Source: a virus
Length of the DNA stretch: 64,000 nt
Reading direction: 5' to 3' (one strand)
IMG/VR virus record: IMGVR_UViG_3300031576_000036
Span: 3,148 to 67,147 of that record
Under the pieces are notes generated by a model. It was given only the letters and a program-made list of their open reading frames with translations. It had not been told where the DNA came from and searched no databases. How positions within the stretch are numbered: position 1 is the stretch's first letter; the number at the start of each line of letters is the position of its first letter. The translations under genes were made by a program, and so were the position numbers. Shown here in pieces: positions 37,844 to 47,511 of this stretch.

Positions 37844-38662
37844 CTAAAAGACCTTGCTCACGCCAATGGTTCCTCGGAACTGATTTGAGCCGACTGGGAA
37901 TATGGAGCGTTGGCGCTGATATTCGATACCTAGGCGTCCGCGCCAGGATTTTCCAAGTGGAATGTAAGCGTCGCCCCGTAGAACGTGCGCGCGAAGTTCG
38001 GCGGCGGAAACTACGTCCGGGAAGGCGTAGAAGTATTGGAGAACGTACTTGTCTTGGAAGTTGACGCCTGCGCCCAAGGTAGGTGAGAGAAACGCTTGTT
38101 TGATGATCTGGAGTTTGTAGCGAGTAAGATCAAGTCCGGCTGTGACGAAGGGCTTCAAGCCGAAGAATCCATTGTTAATCGGATAGTAACGAACTTCCCC
38201 GCGTGCGCCAACCGTATGCGCGGTTAGTGAAGTGGGTTCGTCTTTGAAGCGATTGAAATTCAATCCTCCTACAGCAACCACTTTAGTCCCAACTGGAACC
38301 GAGCCATCAACCCCGATGCCGAATTCCGTTCCTTGATTGCGGTTGTCCGAAGTGGTTCCGCCGCTGATGTGCAACCCCACTTGTCGCTCTTGCGCAACTC
38401 CCACAACCGCCAACGCCATCACCAACGCAAGCGCGCTCGTAGAAGTCTTGGTTGCAGACGTAGACGCCAACGGAGCTTTCGCGGTCCACCGACCATACAA
38501 CCCAACCACGATTGCGACTAAGGCAATTGCGTCATCCAGGGAAGCGTTCAATTGCTCAGCATACTTTGGGAAAGCAATCGCCGCTGCCGCAACGAGCGCG
38601 GCCCAGAATGCCTTCGACTTCCAAAATGCTTTTGTTTCAACCTGTGTTTGTGCAACCGACAT
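37844..38662 (-). CDS. holin-like N-terminus fused to putative outer-membrane beta-barrel
   Basis: FWKSKAFWAAL...LYGRWTAK two-TM module, third hydrophobic segment ending GVA/QE, alternating beta-strands, terminal GTIGVSKVF. Confidence 0.6.
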   Translation of the reverse strand: MSVAQTQVETKAFWKSKAFWAALVAAAAIAFPKYAEQLNASLDDAIALVAIVVGLYGRWTAKAPLASTSATKTSTSALALVMALAVVGVAQERQVGLHISGGTTSDNRNQGTEFGIGVDGSVPVGTKVVAVGGLNFNRFKDEPTSLTAHTVGARGEVRYYPINNGFFGLKPFVTAGLDLTRYKLQIIKQAFLSPTLGAGVNFQDKYVLQYFYAFPDVVSAAELRAHVLRGDAYIPLGKSWRGRLGIEYQRQRSIFPVGSNQFRGTIGVSKVF

Positions 38663-38827
38663 TAGATATTCTCCTTTTTATTGGTTAGAAAATGGTAAAT
38701 GCTGGTTAGCATATTACCAATTGCGATAAAGGCCGTGCAACCGCATTTCGCACACCCCTTGCGCCAGCCGATGACGTGGATGAGTTTTGAGTGCCCGCAG
38801 GCGTTGCATTTTTGCGTATGAGGTATC

Positions 38828-39568
38828 CTATCTTGAGGTATGGGGGTAAAAAATGCGCGGATGCTCTACCTGCGACGTACCAGTTAAAGCCGCCGTTGCG
38901 CCGTAAAATAGCTCAGGCTCTGGTGAAGCGCGTCCGAGAATTGACCAATAGTAAGGCTTTGCCGTCAGTCTCACCATTCGCGGTGATGCGCCCTTAGCTA
39001 GCGCATTGATGTCGTCTGCGGAGAAAACTATACCAGGATAGATGGCGGCGTCCGCCATTCGGCCTGCGCCAAATAACGTAGAAGCATTTCGGCTCATAAA
39101 ATACAACGTGCTGCTGGCAAAGTTGTTGGTATTGTCATTCGTACTGATTGGAGTCACGGTCTGTGATGCGCCATCTACATAAACCGCGCCGATCTCAACC
39201 GTCTGACTTTTATCAAAAACGATGGCATAGTGATGCCACGCCGCCGCGCTTGGTCTTGGAAAATGCCCACTATAAATACCGACATCACCCTTCAGTCCAA
39301 GCTCAAATGTTCCGCTAGTGCTGCTGTTGGGATCAAGATAGAAGCCGCCAGTGGACGCGCTGAAGTTCGCAGTAAACTCCATTGCCAGGTCGTCGTTGTT
39401 AGTGAATGAATCCCAATACAACCAGAAGACCAAAGTGATCTTGTTGACGCCGGATAAGTCAACACTTGCTGCGCTCATTGCATCAGATGTGCCGTTAAAG
39501 GAACGCGCGCCCATCACCGGAGCAAGCAACGCGCACAACAATAGCAGTGATATGAATAGCTTTCTCAT
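38828..39568 (-). CDS. LamG/concanavalin A-like domain protein with signal peptide
   Basis: SFNGTSD, ITLVFWLY, WHHYAIVFD, VYVDG, GRMADAAIY; N-terminal MRKLFISLLLLCALLAPVMG. Confidence 0.8.
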   Translation of the reverse strand: MRKLFISLLLLCALLAPVMGARSFNGTSDAMSAASVDLSGVNKITLVFWLYWDSFTNNDDLAMEFTANFSASTGGFYLDPNSSTSGTFELGLKGDVGIYSGHFPRPSAAAWHHYAIVFDKSQTVEIGAVYVDGASQTVTPISTNDNTNNFASSTLYFMSRNASTLFGAGRMADAAIYPGIVFSADDINALAKGASPRMVRLTAKPYYWSILGRASPEPELFYGATAALTGTSQVEHPRIFYPHTSR

Positions 39569-42500
39569 TATGGAGTCCCCCTTATTTCTACTCTCAGCAA
39601 TTGCGCATCGCCGGTCATTGTGTCGCCGCCCGCATCTGCATCACGAGTTACCTTTATCCTAAAAGCTTCTCCGACCGCCAGCGAATCCATCTGCGCACCG
39701 GCGGTAAAAGTGATCACGCAATATTGCGTGATGCCGCTAGTCCCGTTGGCCGTGCAGGTCGCGGCCTGAGCCGTGGCGAACGAATCGGCGTCAATGTCCA
39801 GTCCTCCGTTGTCAATCCGCTCGAATGCGGCGTTCCACACCACATCGCCGCTGGTTGCGGTAGCCGCCACCCAAACAATCGTGAGAGTAATGCCGTTGCC
39901 GGTGTACTTGCGATCCAACGCCCCGCTGAATACAGAGTTCTCGTCGGTCGCCGCGTCGAAGTTGAGCACCTGATGGGCGTTGCGGGTGTCAAGCGTGGCG
40001 AAGGAGCTAGCGGGGGGTTCGTTGGCATTGGCGGAAAAGGTTGCCAGCGTGCCCCTATAAACGATGCTAGAGAAGGTTTGGGTAGCCGTCCAGGTTTGCG
40101 CAAGATTTATACCGGCGATGGTTATGTTAGCGTCGGGAGGAGTCAAAACGCGGACCGTTCCAGTGGTTAAGCCATCAACCTCAAAGCGGATTTCCTTCGT
40201 GGCGTCAGATGAGCCTTCAATGATAGAAGTCGTGTCTACTACCGGCAGAGACGAGCCGCCCCCGCTCAAGTTCACCCAAGCCCCTCCAAGATAGCCATAG
40301 AAGCGATTGTTGGTGCGATCAATGGTGGTGGGGATGACGTTGGTGACGAGGTTCGCGGGGACGCCGGTAGGAACGCCCGCAGCGGATGGGTAGTGAACAA
40401 ATCCGGCTGTGTCGCCCGTGACCAGCGTGGCATTGGCGAAGAACGTATCTATGACGTTCGCGCCCCCGCTGACCGCCCCCTTGAACTTCACGTAATCAGT
40501 GGAACCGGATGGCCCCATCGAGAGATAAACACCTGTAGGCGCTGCGCCCTGGTTCTCAATCAACAATCCATTGTGAGCACTCGCCGTTGGCAGGAAATGA
40601 GCGACCAAAGATGACGTGAGTGTCATATTCGTGCCTGCGGAAGGTGAATCTGCGTAGATGGAAGCCGCTTCCCCGATAGTTTCAGCGGAGGTCGCAGAGT
40701 AGGTAGGAGCACGCAATCTAAAAACCCGCTGAAGGTTAAACGCGCCGCCCCCAGCAGTGAATTGCACAGTACGATTAAGGTTAAATAGAACGTCAGAAGC
40801 TTCAGTGTCGGCAGCGAGGGTGGTGTGCGCTCCGCCAGTAAAGATACCTAAATTTGGTGAACCTGAAGTGGAGACGCTTTGAGTGAGCGTGAGTGGCGTG
40901 GCGCTGGCGATGGTTTGGTTCGCGGTGAAGGACTGAACAATGTTGGTGCCAGCGAGCGTGTAGTCAGCGTCTTGTGGAGTCAGCACTCTGACAGTCGCAG
41001 TAGTGAGTCCATCAACCTCGAAGCGAATCTCTTTCGTGGCGTCTGCCGAGCCTTCCACGATAGAAGTCGTATCAACAAATGGCGGGGATGCCCCTCCACC
41101 TACCGCCCACTCAAGTACGGCAACTCCACCGGAAAATGATGTAACTTTCAGGAAGTCGGCGGCTGCCGGATCATCCGCTGGCCATTTGTAAGTAACATCA
41201 CTCGCAGGAGCGTCCCCAGCTTGCAAGATGGAGAAATTCGCGTCCCCCGACACTGCCAGCCTAAGCTTACCGGTGGTCGAAGACGCCGTACCGAGTTCAA
41301 GTTGCGTGCTGCCGGTCGTGTAGCGAAAGTCGGCGCTATCAAGCAGCAAACCACCAGTGGTTACAAAAGGCACACGCCCAGAAGTAAGCGCAGATGCCGA
41401 ACCTGCAATGACGATATTAGCGTCAGGAGGCGTTAATACGCGAACCGTCGCGGTCGTCAAGCCGTCAACTTCAAATCTAATCTCCTTTGTCGGATCACCG
41501 CTTCCCTCAACTATGGAGGTGGTGTCTACAACCGGCAAGCCTCCGCCCGAACACGCTGAACCCGTGGTGGTGAGGTTGCCACTGGAATCCATTTGCAAAC
41601 ACTGAGTGCTGCCGGGGGCTGCGAGTGGGAAGGTCAAAGTGTAACTTGTAGTTGTAACCCCTGGAGAGAGTGTTAGGGTGTTGCTATTGGTTGTGTTGTT
41701 GAGGATATGGTTGAGCGAAGAGATTGTGGCAAAAGCCGAATCGTCAGCTAGACGTACTTGGATTGTTGCGGATGACCGTTTCAGCCCAGGGAACGTCGAA
41801 GACGTGCCTCCGAATTGCACCAATGTTCCATTATCTCGCAGAGTGGAATCAGTGATCTCCCACGAAGTTGCCGAGGCTTTCTTCAGGATGTTGGCCGTGT
41901 GGCTAGCGGTATTGTCTACGACGACTGGGTTATAAGTCCCGGTGTTTTTTGAGAGCAACAATTGTTGCGTGATCGTTCCCCCAGCAATGTCATAGTACAA
42001 TTTGCCGTCGTTGGCGAGCGAGGCCGTGGGAGCGGAGGAGAATCCCCGATAGAAGTGCGCGCCTGCGAACGAATAACCTCCCCGCACGCTCCCACCGGAA
42101 TCTTTTATCTGAATCATCTCCGCCGTCGCCGCTGCAATGGACTGTACCGTGAGCGCGACTACTGAGGTTGATCCTTGGTTGAAGGTTGCGTTTCCGGTGA
42201 GCGCGAGGGAGTCGGACGCGGCGGTGTAGGTGAAAGCTGCTTCTCCAGCGATAGCCGAGGCCCCCGTCCAGTAGGTAACTTGATTCGCCGCGCCAGAACC
42301 AGTGATAGTCCCTGAACCCACTGCCCATTCGAGCACCGCTACCCCAGCGCCGAACGATGTCACTTTGAGGAACTCGTTGGCAGCCGGATCATCTGCCGGT
42401 AGCTTATAAAGAACGTCGCTCGCAGGGGTATCGCCAGCTTGCAAAGTAGTAGTGTTGGCATCCCCACTCACGTTTAGTCTCAGACTCCCCGTGGTAGTCA

Positions 42501-45222
42501 AGGGAACACCGAGTGTGAGCCGGTTGTTGGTTTTGTCCCAAGCGAAATCCGCATCTCCGCCGAACGCCCCAGCGTCATTGAATTGAACGTTGGTATCCGC
42601 GCCTCCGGGGACTGAACCTGCTCCCCCACACGCGCTCCCGGTTGTAGTAACCGCGCCCGTCGAGGACATTTGTAAACATTGAGTACTACCGGGCGCAGCG
42701 ACGGGGAGAGTAACATTGTAGCTGGTAGTGGTGACACCTGCTTGGATACTAACGATGTTGCTGTTCGTGGCATTCCGTAATGTTAGTAATCCCGTCTCAG
42801 CCCCCGTGCGCCCAAGCACAACTGAAGTTCCAAAATACCCGGTGCGCGGGCGGTTGCTTGCGGATGCGCCGATGTCGCTCGCGTCATCCGTGTTGAATAG
42901 TATCCCTCCAATCGCAACGATGTCCGAGCCGAGTTTATACAGTGGGGAACTGGCCGAAAGAGTTCCGTTGGTGTTACTCCAAGTGGAAAAGAAATCAAGG
43001 TTCGGTCCGGGATCGAACTGCGCTCTCGTACCATAACCTAGTTGTCCAAGGCCATCGGTGGTGAACACTTGCGGATTCGTTCCACCAACGCCATACGTCG
43101 CGGGAAGAATGAAGTCCTTGCGCGTGATCATTGACGACGAGGGTTGGATGGTTGCGACGACTTGGGTTGGATTCTTTAACTCCAACGCAGGAACCCGAAG
43201 GATTCTCGGAGCTTCCGTTCTTGCCCCCGCGCGCCCATAGGTAATAGAGAGTCCATCAATGTACCAAGTTCCGCCCGCGCTCGTAGCGAAGTTCTGCAAC
43301 ACCAGGTGTACCTGAGTAGCCGCTGCCGTAACGCGAGAAGTAATAGAGAGTCGAACCCAAGTGTTGGTAGTGGTGGTGGAATCGCCAACGTAAGCAGTGG
43401 AGCCGCCGTTGAGCCAGAAGTGCAAACGGACGTTTGGTTGTGTAGGTTGGCCGCTGGGGATGTAGACCCAAGCAGTTAGAGTAACTTGTTGGTCGAGGAT
43501 TTGTGAGAGTTCGGGAGTGTTGACGGCGGCGAGCACGTATTCGGTTCCAGAGGGGACTTTTGCGGCATAGTCACCGAACTTTTTAGTTGTGTCTCCAAGC
43601 CCCGTGCCGGTTTTGGTAAGCGATCCGCTGCTGACGCCCCAATCCGTAGGTTGAGAGCCGTTCCAGTATTCCGCGCCGCCGTTTTGCAAGAGATTCACGG
43701 ATGGCGCGAGCGGCGCGGGACCGGTCTTCGTAGCGTTGGCGTTGCACAAGTTGATAATTTGGCCATCGTACATCGTCTCCACACCGTTGTCAGTGAGAGC
43801 GCCGCAGTTTAGCCCGTATTGCAGAAGTCCGATCTTGGTGCGAACGGAAGTCGAATTGATGGTAAGTATGTCAGTGGCCACACCATCAATGCGAATATCA
43901 GAGGTTCCTATCAGAGAGACATAAGTAGTTTCGACACCCTGGCCGATAGTCCAGTTGCTAGCGGTGTCTAGCCGGATGCCCGCTTCTACGAACGCGGGCG
44001 CGTTGGTGTCTTCTACGTGCGCGCCGATAATGCCGCCGTAGTTGGCGTTTTTGATGTGAATCGCGGGGTCTATATTGCCCTCGAAGGTGCCACCGTAAAT
44101 CCAGTTGTCAAACGTTCCTCCCGTGCCGGTAGCGCCGTCTATGAACAATCCTACACCGGAAGGAAGCTCCACGATGCAGTTGACGAAAGCGTTTGCGTTC
44201 GATGGGAGAATGCTGCTACCCCGAACCCAAATGCCATTCCCAGGAATGCCGTAGGTATAAGGGTAGACGAGGGAATTGGAGACCATCACGGTGTTGAAAG
44301 TTGAGATAAGTACGCCTTCTAGGACTAGGCCGTAGCCCGCTGCGCCCGTTCCGGCTGCTATGCGAACGTTGGAGACGTAAGCCCTATCCACATTTCGTAA
44401 CACCAGGCCATTACGAGTTGCATTGACGCCTCCGAGGATCGTTATTCCCTCTATCCGCAACCCCTCAATGAGTTGCGATGAACCTTTGTCGAACACGACG
44501 CAATCACTTCCAGTGCCCATATTGCAAGTGATTGCCGTTCCGATGTCGTCTCCTACGAGATTTATTCGTTTGTTGATGGTCCAAGTGGAGTCTATGCGAT
44601 ACCTCCCAGTGGGAAGGTAGAGAGTGCCGCCGTCAGGAGTTGCGGCGAGGGCGTTGTTTAGTTGAGTGATGGTGTTGGTTGCGCCGGTTTTGTCGGCGGA
44701 GTAGCCAAGAACCGCGTTGACCACTTGGCGGTAGTCGGTTGGGGAGGAACCGCCGCCTCCGCTAGCGCCGGGCGCTATTTGGTCGCCACGGGTGAACGGA
44801 GTAGAGATGTTGTTGGGGGATGTTCCCCCGGAGAATTGAACGTCGTAGTTTCCCGCGTCGAGGTAAGCAAACCAATAGCCATTGGCGTCGGCGGTGAAGG
44901 GGTTTGCTTTGGGGGTGCAAGTGGGTGAGAGGCGGTCAGAACAGAGAGTCGCGGGAGTAGCAGTTCCGGCTACGAGGACGGTGACGGTACAGCTAGGGTA
45001 GGACTGTTGAACCGTGGTGGTGGATTGAGAACCTGCGACGTTGACCCGCGCGCCGCCACGCTCGCAATAGCCATCTAAGCGGCTCTTGGTGGATTGAGCG
45101 AGCGCGGTTACGGTGGAGAGCGCGAGGAAGCTAGCCAACAAAAGCGCGAGCAGTCTCAAGTAGCTCCACAAGGAGCCGTTAGAGGTTGCTATGGGAAGTG
45201 ACTTCCGCGACTGAAAAAGCAT
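39568..45222 (-). CDS. large tail fibre/tailspike with pectate-lyase-like beta-helix, CBM-like domain and internal repeats
   Basis: ADKTGATN...GGTLYLPTGRYRI beta-helix start, NLLQNGG...YIDGL CBM-like domain, NPFTADANG, duplicated modules. Confidence 0.8.
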   Translation of the reverse strand: MLFQSRKSLPIATSNGSLWSYLRLLALLLASFLALSTVTALAQSTKSRLDGYCERGGARVNVAGSQSTTTVQQSYPSCTVTVLVAGTATPATLCSDRLSPTCTPKANPFTADANGYWFAYLDAGNYDVQFSGGTSPNNISTPFTRGDQIAPGASGGGGSSPTDYRQVVNAVLGYSADKTGATNTITQLNNALAATPDGGTLYLPTGRYRIDSTWTINKRINLVGDDIGTAITCNMGTGSDCVVFDKGSSQLIEGLRIEGITILGGVNATRNGLVLRNVDRAYVSNVRIAAGTGAAGYGLVLEGVLISTFNTVMVSNSLVYPYTYGIPGNGIWVRGSSILPSNANAFVNCIVELPSGVGLFIDGATGTGGTFDNWIYGGTFEGNIDPAIHIKNANYGGIIGAHVEDTNAPAFVEAGIRLDTASNWTIGQGVETTYVSLIGTSDIRIDGVATDILTINSTSVRTKIGLLQYGLNCGALTDNGVETMYDGQIINLCNANATKTGPAPLAPSVNLLQNGGAEYWNGSQPTDWGVSSGSLTKTGTGLGDTTKKFGDYAAKVPSGTEYVLAAVNTPELSQILDQQVTLTAWVYIPSGQPTQPNVRLHFWLNGGSTAYVGDSTTTTNTWVRLSITSRVTAAATQVHLVLQNFATSAGGTWYIDGLSITYGRAGARTEAPRILRVPALELKNPTQVVATIQPSSSMITRKDFILPATYGVGGTNPQVFTTDGLGQLGYGTRAQFDPGPNLDFFSTWSNTNGTLSASSPLYKLGSDIVAIGGILFNTDDASDIGASASNRPRTGYFGTSVVLGRTGAETGLLTLRNATNSNIVSIQAGVTTTSYNVTLPVAAPGSTQCLQMSSTGAVTTTGSACGGAGSVPGGADTNVQFNDAGAFGGDADFAWDKTNNRLTLGVPLTTTGSLRLNVSGDANTTTLQAGDTPASDVLYKLPADDPAANEFLKVTSFGAGVAVLEWAVGSGTITGSGAANQVTYWTGASAIAGEAAFTYTAASDSLALTGNATFNQGSTSVVALTVQSIAAATAEMIQIKDSGGSVRGGYSFAGAHFYRGFSSAPTASLANDGKLYYDIAGGTITQQLLLSKNTGTYNPVVVDNTASHTANILKKASATSWEITDSTLRDNGTLVQFGGTSSTFPGLKRSSATIQVRLADDSAFATISSLNHILNNTTNSNTLTLSPGVTTTSYTLTFPLAAPGSTQCLQMDSSGNLTTTGSACSGGGLPVVDTTSIVEGSGDPTKEIRFEVDGLTTATVRVLTPPDANIVIAGSASALTSGRVPFVTTGGLLLDSADFRYTTGSTQLELGTASSTTGKLRLAVSGDANFSILQAGDAPASDVTYKWPADDPAAADFLKVTSFSGGVAVLEWAVGGGASPPFVDTTSIVEGSADATKEIRFEVDGLTTATVRVLTPQDADYTLAGTNIVQSFTANQTIASATPLTLTQSVSTSGSPNLGIFTGGAHTTLAADTEASDVLFNLNRTVQFTAGGGAFNLQRVFRLRAPTYSATSAETIGEAASIYADSPSAGTNMTLTSSLVAHFLPTASAHNGLLIENQGAAPTGVYLSMGPSGSTDYVKFKGAVSGGANVIDTFFANATLVTGDTAGFVHYPSAAGVPTGVPANLVTNVIPTTIDRTNNRFYGYLGGAWVNLSGGGSSLPVVDTTSIIEGSSDATKEIRFEVDGLTTGTVRVLTPPDANITIAGINLAQTWTATQTFSSIVYRGTLATFSANANEPPASSFATLDTRNAHQVLNFDAATDENSVFSGALDRKYTGNGITLTIVWVAATATSGDVVWNAAFERIDNGGLDIDADSFATAQAATCTANGTSGITQYCVITFTAGAQMDSLAVGEAFRIKVTRDADAGGDTMTGDAQLLRVEIRGTP

Positions 45223-45293
45223 ACACTAAGCCTATCCTGGTTAGAAGTGACGGTTGAGAACAAATGGGGCATCTGATGTTCCTACGGACATTC

Positions 45294-45626
45294 CTACTGC
45301 TTGATTTTCATCGGAATCGGATTATTCATCGGACTGTCCACTGCGCCTGATCCCTGTCCACGCCCATCGTCCCTTGGGCGCATATCAATCGCCTGGATGG
45401 ATTGGGAGTCGAAGGTGGAGTCGAGAGGTTCGGGCGTGACGGTCTGGAGCGAGCCTGGGCCGTTAGGAGTGTAGTAAAATGTGACCTTTACATTGCCTTG
45501 GTTCGGCGGCGTATTCAATGCACCCTGAACCCCTGGATTATGCGTACTGCCCACAACTGTAGACGGAGTAACTTCCTTGACAATGTTGACATCCATTGGG
45601 GAGTCAATTTGATTTTTCGTTGGCAT
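45294..45626 (-). CDS. hypothetical protein
   Basis: AAGGAG RBS before MPTKNQ; DSPM motif at both ends. Confidence 0.6.
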   Translation of the reverse strand: MPTKNQIDSPMDVNIVKEVTPSTVVGSTHNPGVQGALNTPPNQGNVKVTFYYTPNGPGSLQTVTPEPLDSTFDSQSIQAIDMRPRDDGRGQGSGAVDSPMNNPIPMKIKQ

Positions 45627-45654
45627 TTCAAATCTCCTTATTGTAAGATGTGCG

Positions 45655-45684
45655 CTATCCGATAGTTTGAGGCTATCGGATAGC
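45655..45684. terminator. hairpin, possible terminator or processing site
   Basis: GCTATCCGA-TAG...CTA-TCGGATAGC inverted repeat between divergent genes. Confidence 0.4.
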
Positions 45685-45716
45685 AATTAACATTCAAACC
45701 TGAATAGGAGGTCCAA

Positions 45717-46220
45717 ATGTCTAACCGCAAGTTTAAGCCAATTCCTGAACTTTCACCAGAGCAAATCGCTCGATTCAAGTCTAAGATACTGATTACCAAA
45801 TCGGGTTGCCACGAATGGCAGGGTAATACAACTACGCAAGGCTACGGATCATTTCTTCTTTATCCAAGGCGTTGCTCAGGCAAGGATAAACGGTACGCAC
45901 ACAGAGTTGCATTCAAATTGCATAACGGGTTTATTGATGATTCATTGCTAGTTTGTCACACTTGCGACAATCATCCCTGCGTAAATGGTGAACATTTATT
46001 GCAAGGAACTCACGAAATCAATAGCGCCGATATGACTAGCAAGAAACGGCAAGGCTTCGGCGAATCACACAGTCAGGCAAAACTAACTGATAAAGACGTA
46101 AAGCAAATCCGTAAGCTTCGCAGGCAAGGGTTAATAATTAAAGACATTGCATTCATTTTCGGCGTCAGCTACGAAACCACGAGACAAGTTTTAACTGGCG
46201 AAACTTGGACACACGTTTAA
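45717..46220 (+). CDS. HNH endonuclease, antisense to the structural operon
   Basis: GCHEWQG, AHRVAF, VCHTCDNHPCVNGEHL..GT...N, GESHSQAKLT; AGGAGG RBS. Confidence 0.9.
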   Translation: MSNRKFKPIPELSPEQIARFKSKILITKSGCHEWQGNTTTQGYGSFLLYPRRCSGKDKRYAHRVAFKLHNGFIDDSLLVCHTCDNHPCVNGEHLLQGTHEINSADMTSKKRQGFGESHSQAKLTDKDVKQIRKLRRQGLIIKDIAFIFGVSYETTRQVLTGETWTHV

Positions 46221-47305
46221 AGCCCGCCCATCCACGGGAAACCCCCGGATGAGTGAGTTTGCCAATAGTCCGCGCCCCCAAGGAAGCCATTTCGATAATA
46301 CTGCCCCAGGCGCGGAATCCATTCTTGATTGTATATCTCCCGGTCTATGCGCTGAGCCGCGAGATATTGTTCGTCGTAGCTGTTTCTGGCTTCCTGGATA
46401 AGCAGGAGCCAGTTGGTTTTCACCAGCGATGGTATTCTTCCTTTGTTGATCTCCGCCCACCGATAAGCCTTCATCCGCGCGTAGTCGAACAGCATCTCCG
46501 AGTTAATGTAAGGCGGCAACACGCTGTTGACTCTTCCGAGATCGTCCGTGAACTCCGCTCCATAAGCTTGGTAGACGGCATAGTAGACCTTCGCGGGAGT
46601 GGAGACGTAGTGCGGATAGAGTTCATACAGCGGAGTCCCCGGTTGTAGGTTGCCGTCGAGAGTCACTCCCGGATACACTGTCGTCGCGGCGGGAGCTTGA
46701 ACGAGCATAAACGGCATCCCCGTGCTGGTGCGGTTGGGGTCTACCATATCCAAATACCGCTTGGGCTTGGAGATGTCGAGCCAGAAGTTGTTGTCCGGGT
46801 CTTTGACCGTTAGCCAGCGGAGGAAGTTCGTGGACTCAAAGCCGGTCGTCGGGTCCAAAGGGGGAAGAATCCAGCGACGGTAGATGTTTACGGAGAGCAC
46901 GGCGGAAGTGGCTTCCTGAAACTGCCGATCAAGCGTGATTGCTCCTGCCCCCGAAGGGTCATAGCCGTAGATGTCGTAGATGGGGAGGTTGCCCCCTATG
47001 ACTCCCCCGGTAGCCGCTGCTCTTAGTGATCGGCGCGTAAGCAAAGGCGGAGAGGATAGCGCGTCGAGGATCGTCTTCAAGGCCGCGCTAGGGACTGCGG
47101 TTGCGCTATATTGCGTCACCGCAATGTTCCCCGTGATCACTGCTGGAACCTGAATCATCCCTTCGCGCAACAAGAAACTCCAAGGACGTTTGTTCTGGAT
47201 GTCCCGCCACGCATCGTTGATGAGTTGCTTGGCGCGGGGTTGCGGAAGGTCCGCGCCCACTTCGCCGATCAGGTTGTTCCACAATTGATAAAATGTGGTG
47301 GACAT
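46217..47305 (-). CDS. putative head-tail adaptor protein
   Basis: AKQLINDAWRDI...WSFL N-terminal pattern, YELYP motif; downstream of capsid genes. Confidence 0.55.
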   Translation of the reverse strand: MSTTFYQLWNNLIGEVGADLPQPRAKQLINDAWRDIQNKRPWSFLLREGMIQVPAVITGNIAVTQYSATAVPSAALKTILDALSSPPLLTRRSLRAAATGGVIGGNLPIYDIYGYDPSGAGAITLDRQFQEATSAVLSVNIYRRWILPPLDPTTGFESTNFLRWLTVKDPDNNFWLDISKPKRYLDMVDPNRTSTGMPFMLVQAPAATTVYPGVTLDGNLQPGTPLYELYPHYVSTPAKVYYAVYQAYGAEFTDDLGRVNSVLPPYINSEMLFDYARMKAYRWAEINKGRIPSLVKTNWLLLIQEARNSYDEQYLAAQRIDREIYNQEWIPRLGQYYRNGFLGGADYWQTHSSGGFPWMGGL

Positions 47306-47311
47306 TCTTCG

Positions 47312-47473
47312 CTAACCTTTAGTCTTGTTCCCCGCCGCGTTCCCAATGCGGATCGCCGCGCCTTCGCTTTTCCCTGACTTCAAAGCTGCATTCGCTGCCG
47401 CCGCAGCCACTTTGAGTTGCTGGGCGTTGAGCTTCTTATTTTTCTTTTTGAAGTCTCGCGCTTGCCAAGTCAT
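47312..47473 (-). CDS. small basic protein
   Basis: MTWQARDFKKKNKK...AANAALKSGKSEGAAIRIGNA; AAGGGA RBS. Confidence 0.55.
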   Translation of the reverse strand: MTWQARDFKKKNKKLNAQQLKVAAAAANAALKSGKSEGAAIRIGNAAGNKTKG

Positions 47474-47511
47474 ACCAAAGTCCCTTTCGGTTGTAATGGT
47501 GATCTCATCTG

